Shown: in pieces, positions 19,458 to 27,524 of the stretch
How the letters are laid out: every line of letters begins with the position of its first letter
How positions within the stretch are numbered: the first letter of the stretch is position 1
Assembly: GCA_964291625.2 (NCBI GenBank)
Contig: OZ220089.1
Span: 1 to 64,000 of the forward strand
Length of the DNA: 64,000 nt
Direction: 5' to 3'
Origin: Candidatus Latescibacterota bacterium
GTDB taxonomy: Bacteria > Latescibacterota > UBA2968 > UBA8231
Program-made: the position numbers and the translations under genes
Notes under the pieces: generated by a model
Database searches by the model: none
What the model was told of the DNA's origin: nothing
What the model saw: the letters and a program-made list of their open reading frames with translations, nothing else

Positions 19458-22151
19458 CTACAGGGCCCGGACCTGGATGAAGAACTCGGTGAACCTCTCC
19501 ACCGGCTGCTTCGGCAGCGAGACCCGCACGGCGCGGCTCGAGCGGACCCCCATGTTCACGCTCACGTCGTAGCCGCTGTAGTTGCCCGTGGTCTGCACCG
19601 CCGCGAGGTAGTGGCGGGCGTCGAAGTCCTCCCCCTCGGCCCTGCAGTTGCGGTGCATGTGCCGGAACCCGGGGACCCCCTGGACCCCGGCCCTCAGGAG
19701 CGTGCCGGAGCTGAGGCGGTAGTCGGCGCGGAGGATTGGGAAGAGGTCCCAGACGTGCACCGAAGCCAGCAGCCGCCCCGGGGCCTCCCGCCGCAGCACC
19801 AGGAGCTTGGCCATCGGCGAAAGGGTGATCCCGCCGCGCACCCAGGTGTAGTCGGCCTTGCTCACGAAGGCGTACTCGCGCACGTCGCCCGGGACCGCCC
19901 CGACCCCTGCGCGGCGGGCGTTCCACTCGCACTTCACCGCGTTGAAGACGTCGAGGCCGCGGATCGCGGTGTAGCGGCCCTCCAGGAAAGCGGTGTGGAC
20001 GAGGCTGTTGGCCAGGAGCAGCCCGTCGGGCCTCAGCCGGTAGACGACCTCGGCCCTCGAAGTCTGATCGAAGGCGTGCTGGTAGACGGGGTTGGGGATG
20101 TCATCGCGGACCCTGCGTAGGCGGTAGTTCAGGCGCATTCCGCCGGTCCCATCCCGGGTGAGGCCGTACCCCAGCTCGGCGTAGCTCACCTCGTTGCGGC
20201 CGCCGCCGGCCCGCTGGCGCAGGTCGTAGCGCCCCACGACCAGGTCGAGCCCCGGCGCCGGCCCCAGGCCGAGAAGGACGTGATACCCCCTCTGGTCGCG
20301 GTCGTACGGGTAGTCGGGCTTGTTGTCGTTCTCCCTCTCGTCGACGACCCCGTTGTTGTTGAAGTCGTCGCCGTACACGAACTCGTCGGGCTCGGCCCCG
20401 TACATGAAGAAGGGCTCGGCGTAGTCTGGGATGTGATTGCGGTTGACGTTCACGTCCACCGTGGCGTCGTCGTCCGCGTCGAGGCCTGGGAAGACTCCGC
20501 GGCCCCCTCCGAGCTGGTAGTCCCACCGGGGCTGGGGGACCTGGGCGTCGGGGTCCGGGTCGCTCGAGGAGCGGTAGACCTGGGACCACGCCGGATCGAG
20601 GACGTCCCAGTGCTCGACCACGTCCGGCCACTCGTCGCCGTCGTCGTTGTCCTCCACGAGGTCGTAGCGCAGCAGCTTGTTGCCGCCGCTGAGCCAGACC
20701 GGCATGGAAGTCTCGAAAGCGGCGGGCATCTCCACGTACTCCAGGCCGAGCCGCCAGCCCGCGGCCTTGCGTGACAGCCGGGCGTACCAGGCACCGGTGC
20801 CGTCGGCGCGGCGGCGGCCGTCATGGGGGAACTGGAAGCGCTGCTCGTTGAGCACGTAGGCGGCGTCCACGGTGGCGCCCAGCCACCTCACCGTGAGGTT
20901 GCTACCGTACTGGGCAAGGCCCGTCGGGAAGCCGTATTCGACGGTCACCCAGGCGAGGTTGGACCCATCGGTGACGTTGCCCGCCGCCCGGGCGACGTTG
21001 TGCCAGTCGTCCCAGCGCGGCTCTCCTCCTCCCTGGAAACCGTACGAGGCGCCCACGTCGATGCTGTAATCGCCGGAGACCCGCAGCCGGTAGCGCAGGT
21101 CCCGGGCCGCCCCGGGGATCTCGAAGCGGTAGATGAGCAGGTCCGTGCCGGTGACCTCCACGGGGCCCCCGCCGGAAGGTACGGGAACGCCGTGGGTGAA
21201 GAAGCGGCCCGGCCGGCCCCTGCTCCGGGTATCCACCCGGAGCACCCTGTCGGCCTCCGGAATCCGCGGCGCCCAGGCGCCGTCGCGGCGGATGTGGGGC
21301 GCGTGCTCGGGATCGACGGTTAGGAGCGTCCGGCGGGTGCCGTCGAAGACCGAGGTCGGCAGCAGGCGGACATCCGGCTCCAGGTCGAGCACCCGGCCGT
21401 CGGCGACGACCTGGATATCGAAGAGCCGGGGACCGAGACCGTCCCCGGGCGAGTCGTCGCTGATGATGACGTAGTAGGAGCCGGCCGGCTCGAGACGGGT
21501 GGGGACGTTGCCGCGCAGGCTGGCGCCGCGCCGCTGCGAGTCCTGAAGGTGGAAGTTGACGTAGGTCGCCCCGAAGGTGACCACATCGCCCACCCTGCTC
21601 TCCCAGTGGCCGCCGAAGAGGTAGTGGGAGAAGAACCGGTTGGCGCTAATCGGCCGGGGCGCCCGGGAGACGACGGCGGAGAAGCGGTTGCGGTGGGAGG
21701 AGGCGTCCCAGCGGAAACCCTCCAGGCGGGCCAGGTTCAGGGTCAGGGGGCCGAAGTAGCCGTCCAGCAGGTCTCCCATCATGAACCGGGAGCCCCAGCC
21801 CCGGTAGTCGTCGCGGAGGATGACCATGTTGCGGAAACGGCCCAGGTCCCACGAGGCGGAGCTGCTGACGATAGGGTTGAGCGTCCGCGTCTCCTGGACC
21901 CGCAGGATCTCCCGCCCGTCGACGAGATAGAGCCCGAAGGGGTCGTAGAGCGGGGCCTCCCGACTCTCGCCGTAGTCCCGGTAGCTGTTCAGGCTGTAGT
22001 TCTCGTAGCGCTCCTCCCAGAGGGGGTGGTACTCCTTGTTGAGGAATTCCCGCTCCCCCGACCACGGATCCTGGCTGAGGAACTGGGCGTGGGCGGCCCC
22101 CGCCGCCAGGAGCGCGGTGAGGGCTGCGCTAGTAAGCGACGGCGACGACAC
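19458..22151 (-). CDS. Secreted 897-aa hypothetical protein, paralogue 1
   Basis: Signal peptide ending AHA; LFGGHWES, DDSPGD, GNVTDGSNLAWVTVEYG, VEDNDDGD, GVFPGLDADDD, DDFNNNGVVDERENDNKPDYPYD. Confidence 0.75.
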   Translation of the reverse strand: MSSPSLTSAALTALLAAGAAHAQFLSQDPWSGEREFLNKEYHPLWEERYENYSLNSYRDYGESREAPLYDPFGLYLVDGREILRVQETRTLNPIVSSSASWDLGRFRNMVILRDDYRGWGSRFMMGDLLDGYFGPLTLNLARLEGFRWDASSHRNRFSAVVSRAPRPISANRFFSHYLFGGHWESRVGDVVTFGATYVNFHLQDSQRRGASLRGNVPTRLEPAGSYYVIISDDSPGDGLGPRLFDIQVVADGRVLDLEPDVRLLPTSVFDGTRRTLLTVDPEHAPHIRRDGAWAPRIPEADRVLRVDTRSRGRPGRFFTHGVPVPSGGGPVEVTGTDLLIYRFEIPGAARDLRYRLRVSGDYSIDVGASYGFQGGGEPRWDDWHNVARAAGNVTDGSNLAWVTVEYGFPTGLAQYGSNLTVRWLGATVDAAYVLNEQRFQFPHDGRRRADGTGAWYARLSRKAAGWRLGLEYVEMPAAFETSMPVWLSGGNKLLRYDLVEDNDDGDEWPDVVEHWDVLDPAWSQVYRSSSDPDPDAQVPQPRWDYQLGGGRGVFPGLDADDDATVDVNVNRNHIPDYAEPFFMYGAEPDEFVYGDDFNNNGVVDERENDNKPDYPYDRDQRGYHVLLGLGPAPGLDLVVGRYDLRQRAGGGRNEVSYAELGYGLTRDGTGGMRLNYRLRRVRDDIPNPVYQHAFDQTSRAEVVYRLRPDGLLLANSLVHTAFLEGRYTAIRGLDVFNAVKCEWNARRAGVGAVPGDVREYAFVSKADYTWVRGGITLSPMAKLLVLRREAPGRLLASVHVWDLFPILRADYRLSSGTLLRAGVQGVPGFRHMHRNCRAEGEDFDARHYLAAVQTTGNYSGYDVSVNMGVRSSRAVRVSLPKQPVERFTEFFIQVRAL

Positions 22152-24414
22152 CGCTTCGGGTCTCGTTGCCCGTGTCGAGATCGGCCTCGACTCGGAAGAG
22201 GTAGAGCCCCGGGGGCACCCTCCTTCCGGCCGCGTCGGTGCCGTCCCAGGTTCCGGGCGCCCCCGGACCCACGTAGGCGCCAGCCGGGACCGGCGGCGGG
22301 GTGAGGTCGCGCACCGGCCGGCCGCCGAGATCGAAGATGCGGATCGAAACGCGCCGCGGCCGGTCCACCACCGAGAGGATGAACTCGATCACCGTGCGGT
22401 CGTTGATGCCGTCGCCGTTCGGCGTGATCACCGGCGGCTCGGCCCGCACCTGCGAGAGGGCGTCTTCCCGGGTCGTGGAGGTGGCCACCGACCAGGACCA
22501 GGGCTCGTCCGTGTCCGGGTCGCGGCCTCGGTTCTCGGCGGCGTTGAGGGGGTTCTCAGAACCCGGACTGAAGAGGGCCGCCCGGAACTCGTGAGCGCTG
22601 GCGTGGGTGCGCGTAAGAAAGGGGATCTCCAGCGCCATGGGCGCGGCCAGGGGCTCGGCGAAGGTCAGGGTGAGGTGCCGCTGGGTGGACTCCCAGCCCG
22701 AGAGCAGATCGCTGACGGCGGCCTCTTCCGCCAGCCGGGCGGCGCTCGGCACGTCGATGCGCAGCCTCGCGACGCCGAGATCCTCCGCTTCTAGCTCGAG
22801 ATCCAGGTGGTAGGTGAAGAGCTGCTCCTCGCCCATGGGGACCCTGTTGGGCGAGACCCGGCCCCGGGTCGCCCGTCGATGGAGCAGCCCCGACCCCGCG
22901 GGATAGAGAGCGGTGGAGGCGGCCACCTCGGTGTCGAAGTCCACCTCCAGATGCTCGAACACCGGCGTGAGGTCCTGGTCGTGGGTCGCCAGGTGGAGGC
23001 GATACTGCAGGAGCCGCCCCGGCTCGGCGGCGGGGAACCAGGCGCCGCTGGAGTCAGGGGCGCTCCAGCCTCCGTCGTCGGTGAAGACGGCCAGCTCCAG
23101 GGTGTCGTCGCCGGCGGCGAACTTCGCCAGCGAGTCCCCCGCGGCGGAGACGAAGAGCCGGCGGCCGTCCGCGGCGGCGGCGAGGGAGTCTCCCGTGCGA
23201 ACCTCGAGCGAGATGCTGGTGCGCTCGGGGACCGTCGCCTCCCAGCGCAGCCGCCCCAGGTTCTTTGGGCCGGCGGGGGCGCCGAGGTCCAGGAGCCGGG
23301 AGAGGTAGACGCCCTCGTCGGCGAATCCGTCGCCGAAGACCTCGAACTCGGCGATCGCCGGGCGGGAGCCGGGGTTGATGTCGACGATGACGAAGCGCAC
23401 GAAGCGCGTCCAGGTGGGGCGGAATTCCACCTCCGTCCACGGGTACTGGGACGGGTCGGCGTCGGCACCGGAACAGGGGGAACGCTTCCAGGGCATGCAG
23501 CCGATGTCGTGGCGCACGCCGACCTCGGTCCAGCGGATCTGGTCGTCGCTGACCTGCACCGAGTAGCCCCGCAGGGAGTTCTCCTCGAACTCCCTGGCGT
23601 TTCGGCCCAGGGTGATGACCCTGACCTTGTGGATCAGCCGCCGGTCCTGCAGGTCCACGTCGGCGGAGAAGCTGAGGGCGCTCGCCGGGGCGTTCCAGCC
23701 CTTCTCCAGATTCCCGTCCACGACCTCGGGGTGGTTGGAAGGCTTGCCGAGGGCGAGGTTCACGCCCCTGATCCGGCCGAGGACCACGCCCCCCGCCACG
23801 CTGCCTAGGTCGACGCCTCCGGGCAGACCCGCGACCACGGCCGGAAGCCCTCCCGGGAGCCCGTCGTATGCGACACCGCTCGTGTCCATTGCGCCTTCCT
23901 GGACCACCAGCCAACCCTCGCGGTCCTCCACCCCGCCCATCGTCCATTCCGTCCCCTGCGGCCGATCGGCCGACCAGCGCCAGGCCTGGATCCTCTGGTT
24001 CGTCGTCGTCCGGGCGAGGATCGAATCCCCGGCGACCACAGCCGCCATGACGCCGTTCCCGGCCCCGTCGCCGCCATTCACGACGGCGATACCGATGTCG
24101 TTCTCACCGCTCGCGATGGCGACTTCGTGGGCGGTCATCCGGGTCCAGAGGGAGTCGGAGCCGACGCGGAGACCGTTGAAGAAGACCTCGTACTGGTCGA
24201 CGGCAGCCACGTGCAGGGACCCCGTCGTCTCCGCTCCGGAGACGAAGGTGGTCCGGTAGAGGATGGTGTCGGGCCAAGTGCTCTGCACCAAGGAACCCGG
24301 ACCGGCGGCAGCCCTCCCAGCAAAGGGGGCGGCCGTCAAGACGAGGACGTACGCCGCCAGACGGCCGCCGCTCCTGACGGGAGAAGGACGGCTGCTCAGG
24401 TCGGGGCTCGGCAT
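22129..24414 (-). CDS. Secreted protein with discoidin/F5-8 type C-like domain and C-terminal FlgD/CHU_C-like Ig domain
   Basis: NLALGKPS...VDGN...VDLQ...YSVQVSDDQIRWT...TRFVRF...IAEFEVFG; C-terminal ITPNGDGIND...IFDLGGRPVR...WDGTDAAGRRVPPGLYL. Confidence 0.8.
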   Translation of the reverse strand: MPSPDLSSRPSPVRSGGRLAAYVLVLTAAPFAGRAAAGPGSLVQSTWPDTILYRTTFVSGAETTGSLHVAAVDQYEVFFNGLRVGSDSLWTRMTAHEVAIASGENDIGIAVVNGGDGAGNGVMAAVVAGDSILARTTTNQRIQAWRWSADRPQGTEWTMGGVEDREGWLVVQEGAMDTSGVAYDGLPGGLPAVVAGLPGGVDLGSVAGGVVLGRIRGVNLALGKPSNHPEVVDGNLEKGWNAPASALSFSADVDLQDRRLIHKVRVITLGRNAREFEENSLRGYSVQVSDDQIRWTEVGVRHDIGCMPWKRSPCSGADADPSQYPWTEVEFRPTWTRFVRFVIVDINPGSRPAIAEFEVFGDGFADEGVYLSRLLDLGAPAGPKNLGRLRWEATVPERTSISLEVRTGDSLAAAADGRRLFVSAAGDSLAKFAAGDDTLELAVFTDDGGWSAPDSSGAWFPAAEPGRLLQYRLHLATHDQDLTPVFEHLEVDFDTEVAASTALYPAGSGLLHRRATRGRVSPNRVPMGEEQLFTYHLDLELEAEDLGVARLRIDVPSAARLAEEAAVSDLLSGWESTQRHLTLTFAEPLAAPMALEIPFLTRTHASAHEFRAALFSPGSENPLNAAENRGRDPDTDEPWSWSVATSTTREDALSQVRAEPPVITPNGDGINDRTVIEFILSVVDRPRRVSIRIFDLGGRPVRDLTPPPVPAGAYVGPGAPGTWDGTDAAGRRVPPGLYLFRVEADLDTGNETRSGVVAVAY

Positions 24415-24454
24415 CGGGGATGCGCCTGTTACGAAGGGAGGGAGGCGGCCGGAA

Positions 24455-24498
24455 TGAAAAAAGAAAGCGGCAGGTGGATCACACTGTCCACCTGCCGC
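24455..24498 (-). terminator. Rho-independent terminator after the first gene of the envelope operon
   Basis: Perfect 12-bp stem GCGGCAGGTGGA (24467-24478) / TCCACCTGCCGC (24487-24498), followed on the minus strand by TTTCTTTTTT. Confidence 0.85.
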
Positions 24499-24559
24499 CG
24501 AAGGACTCGACCAGGGGCGGGCAGCCGGAGACGACTGCCCTCCACCTGTCGTTCCGCGC

Positions 24560-26500
24560 CTACTTGAGCAAGGTCAGCCGCTTCGAGTCGACGAAGTCAC
24601 CCGCCGTCAACTCGTAGACATAGACTCCACTGGCCACGGGGTAGCCGTTGGCAGCGAGACCGTCCCACGTGGCCTCGTAGACCGCAGAATTCAGCGGCTC
24701 GTTGACCAATTCGGCCACCTCCTGCCCGGCGGAGTTGTACACGGCGATCCGCACGGTGACGTCCTCTCCGAGACCGCCGATCTCGAAGGGGATCGTCACT
24801 TCGGGGTTGGCCGGGTTGGGATAGGCGTCCCCCAGGGAGGAGCTCGCCGGAGTGGCGCCTGCTCCGACCTCGGCCACCGCCGTGAACTGGTCGCCGATGC
24901 GTCCGGTGATGAGGTCGGCGGGCGTGTGGTTTGCGGTGATCTGGCCACCGTACTGGGTGTAGTAGCCGTCCCATGACGAGCCGTGGTTGATCCAGCGGAC
25001 ATAGCCCGGGTTGGTGCCGGGGACCACGCCGGGGATGTCGACCTTGAACAACCCCGAGCCGTCGGGGCCGAGGACCCAGCCCTCCAGGGGTGTGTTGTAG
25101 CCGCTCCAGACCGAGATGCCCCAGCTTGTGGCCGCCACCTCGGTGTTGGTCAGCTGGTCGAAGCCGTTGGGATCGCCGCCGGCGGCCTCGGCCTCGGGAC
25201 CGTAGAGGCGCTCGATGAAGCCGTCGCCGTTGCGGTTCTGCCAGATCAGGGAGCCGTCGAAATCCCTCTTCATGGGGAAGCTCTGGAGGTTGAAGAAGTC
25301 CCCTTCGGCGACGTTGTCCCAGAACTGGTGCGCGTCGAGGCCCGTCGTGTAGATACCGGTGTCGTCCACGTCAAGCCCCCAGGGCCCCGATACCTTCATC
25401 TGATCGGCGCCGTCGGCGTCGACCCAGGGGGTGGTGTAGTACTCGGTGTAGTCGATCATGTCCACGATCTCGCCGGTGGCGCGATCGAGGGAGTAGACGG
25501 CCGGCTGAACGGGCCAGCCGTTGGGCCTGTGGCTGACCCAGATGAGGCCGTCGTCGGCCACCCACGGATGGTGCTGCTCGGCCGAAAGGGCCGAGCCGGG
25601 CATGCGCTCGTCGAAGGCGACGAAACGGCCGGGATCGGAGACCGGCCAGTCCGGGTCGGGGGTGATGGTGCCCCCATCTTCGTCGATGATCGCCTTGAAG
25701 ACGCCGACGGATGGAGTGTTGCGGTACTTGATGACGTAGATGATGCTGTTGTCGGCCGGATCGATCTCGAGACTGCCCATGTCGTTCCAGCCGCCGTCGG
25801 CATCGGCTCCGGTCATTTCGTTCACCCAGGGGACGCCGAAGGTCTCGTACGGGATCTGCTTCTCCGCGCCTTCCTCCGGGTAGAACACCGAGTAGTCGGT
25901 GCCCATCGGGGCCCGCCGGATGGTGTGGGCGTTGGACCCTCCCTCGATGTCGGTGGCGTGGTAGGTCCAATAGACCATGGGCGCCTCGGGATCGTCGGTG
26001 GGATCGAAGCGCGTGGCCTGGGCCCAGGGGCTGTTGCCGCCGCCGACGATGGTCGGGGTCGTGTCCTGGTTGATGGCGAACAGGTAGTATCGGTAGGTTC
26101 CCGATGCCACTTTGTTCCCGTTGTAGTCGGTGCCGTCCCAGGAGATCGTCCCGTCTCCGGCGGGCATGTCGACGCCGGGCGAGACGTACACCAGCTCGTC
26201 GATCCCGGCCGCTCTCACCACGGCCCCGCCCGGACCTCCCCCGTCCGTGGCGGGAGGGTTAGCGCCCTCCGTGTACACCGCGAGCCACACCGTGGCCTCA
26301 TGGCTCAGGGTGAAGGGAAGCTGCAGATCGCCGTTGAAGTCGTAGGGGACGTCACCGGTCTCACCGAGGGTGAGCTTGACCGGAAAGCCGTACCGGTAGG
26401 TGGTGTGCCAGCCGAAGTCCGGATCTCCGTACTGTGCCGTCTGCGCGAAGACCGCGCCGGCCAGAAGCAGACCCGAAAGGGCCGCCATCGGTGTTCTCAT
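24560..26500 (-). CDS. Secreted protein with an N-terminal FlgD-like domain, probable beta-propeller core and C-terminal FlgD/T9SS-like sorting domain
   Basis: Signal MRTPMAALSGLLLAGAVFA; ISWDGTDYNGNKVASGTYRY; C-terminal TAV...AYPNPANP...VYNSAGQEV...WDG...VASGVYVY...KRLTLLK; strong GGAGGGAGG RBS. Confidence 0.85.
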   Translation of the reverse strand: MRTPMAALSGLLLAGAVFAQTAQYGDPDFGWHTTYRYGFPVKLTLGETGDVPYDFNGDLQLPFTLSHEATVWLAVYTEGANPPATDGGGPGGAVVRAAGIDELVYVSPGVDMPAGDGTISWDGTDYNGNKVASGTYRYYLFAINQDTTPTIVGGGNSPWAQATRFDPTDDPEAPMVYWTYHATDIEGGSNAHTIRRAPMGTDYSVFYPEEGAEKQIPYETFGVPWVNEMTGADADGGWNDMGSLEIDPADNSIIYVIKYRNTPSVGVFKAIIDEDGGTITPDPDWPVSDPGRFVAFDERMPGSALSAEQHHPWVADDGLIWVSHRPNGWPVQPAVYSLDRATGEIVDMIDYTEYYTTPWVDADGADQMKVSGPWGLDVDDTGIYTTGLDAHQFWDNVAEGDFFNLQSFPMKRDFDGSLIWQNRNGDGFIERLYGPEAEAAGGDPNGFDQLTNTEVAATSWGISVWSGYNTPLEGWVLGPDGSGLFKVDIPGVVPGTNPGYVRWINHGSSWDGYYTQYGGQITANHTPADLITGRIGDQFTAVAEVGAGATPASSSLGDAYPNPANPEVTIPFEIGGLGEDVTVRIAVYNSAGQEVAELVNEPLNSAVYEATWDGLAANGYPVASGVYVYELTAGDFVDSKRLTLLK

Positions 26501-26674
26501 CTTCCTGCCTCCCTCCTGCAAGGGTGGTCGGGGGTCGTTTTTACCATGAGGCTGTCCGCCCCCTTTGAGGGGCGTCTGGGAAACTTCACACCTTGTTGTT
26601 TTCCTGTAACTTAGGGGATATTGTGATCAAGGTGGGGAGGAATCCCCACTACACATTTGGAGGATAGTGTATCC

Positions 26675-26703
26675 ATGGAACGGCAAAGTACCGCCCATGT
26701 CAA
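26675..26703 (-). promoter_or_regulatory. Candidate sigma70 promoter for the envelope operon
   Basis: Minus strand TTGACA-17 nt-TTCCAT in an AT-richer intergenic region; the -10 element is weak. Confidence 0.35.
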
Positions 26704-26731
26704 GCAAAACCTCCCTTCGGAGGGGTCTTTC

Positions 26732-27262
26732 TCATTCCGGAGCGGAACCGCCTTCGGAGGAGGTCTCCCCCGGTGGAACCCTGGTCAACTCGGACGCCTG
26801 CACTCGATTCATGGGATCGCGGCCGATGGCGACCATCCGCGTGGCCGGACTCACGCTCAGCTTCTGGTACGACTCGAACGGCGACCATCTCTTGGCCCCG
26901 GGACTCCTGAGGTGCGTGGCCTGGTCCGGGTCGGGGTCGACGCCGACCCGGCGGAAGGCCTCGGCCTCGTCGAAGGGGTCCATGCGCTGAAACCGGTAGG
27001 TCAGCCAGATGATCTTGCCCATGCGCGAGAAGGCGGTGATCCGGGCCCCGGCCACGTCGGGCCAGCTGGCAAAGCCATGTCCACTCTCCATGTGGGGATC
27101 AGGGGTGTAGTGTTCGGGCTCGCCCCAGCGGTCGATCGCCTCCTTGAGACTGCTGCCCAGGGCCCGGCGCGCGTGCAGCAGCCCTTCCTCCTGTCGCGAG
27201 CACGAGCCCATGGAGACGGCGGTGATCAGCAGCGCGAGAACAACTCCTCCAATGCTCTTCAT
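26732..27262 (-). CDS. Hypothetical lipoprotein
   Basis: 176-aa ORF with signal peptide and MGSC lipobox; AGGAGGAG RBS. Confidence 0.65.
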   Translation of the reverse strand: MKSIGGVVLALLITAVSMGSCSRQEEGLLHARRALGSSLKEAIDRWGEPEHYTPDPHMESGHGFASWPDVAGARITAFSRMGKIIWLTYRFQRMDPFDEAEAFRRVGVDPDPDQATHLRSPGAKRWSPFESYQKLSVSPATRMVAIGRDPMNRVQASELTRVPPGETSSEGGSAPE

Positions 27263-27524
27263 CTGCTCCTCCTGGCGGCTCCCTGCCGAGGCCGGTGGCG
27301 CGGCGTTCTCCTGCCGGCTTCCCCCGGCGGCGGGAGTAACCGCCCCGGCATGGAGCGGCGACTGCGGCCAAGGAAGATGGGCATCCAGCCATGGCAGGAG
27401 TAGTCCCTGGCACCGCCATGGGCGGGATCTGGCCTGCTGGACGGTGGCGTCGACGGCCGGCTATCGTTGCCCGCCCCCGGAGCCACCTCCGGATTCTCCC
27501 TCCCGGCGGGAACCGGGAGCACTC

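Noticed and set aside
10607-19480. Long plus-strand ORFs antisense to the envelope operon (and similarly 59655-62729)
   Set aside because: Antisense mirror frames of GC3-rich genes with V/G/A/L/E bias, no motifs and no RBS.
14740-20660. Recurring GTCGTCGTTGT-like repeats as a possible CRISPR or DNA repeat array
   Set aside because: They encode Asp/Asn-rich motifs of the three paralogues; there is no repeat-spacer periodicity and no cas genes.
26705-26730. Terminator after the 26732-27262 lipoprotein gene
   Set aside because: Only a 5-bp stem (CCTCC/GGAGG) with four Ts; too weak to call.
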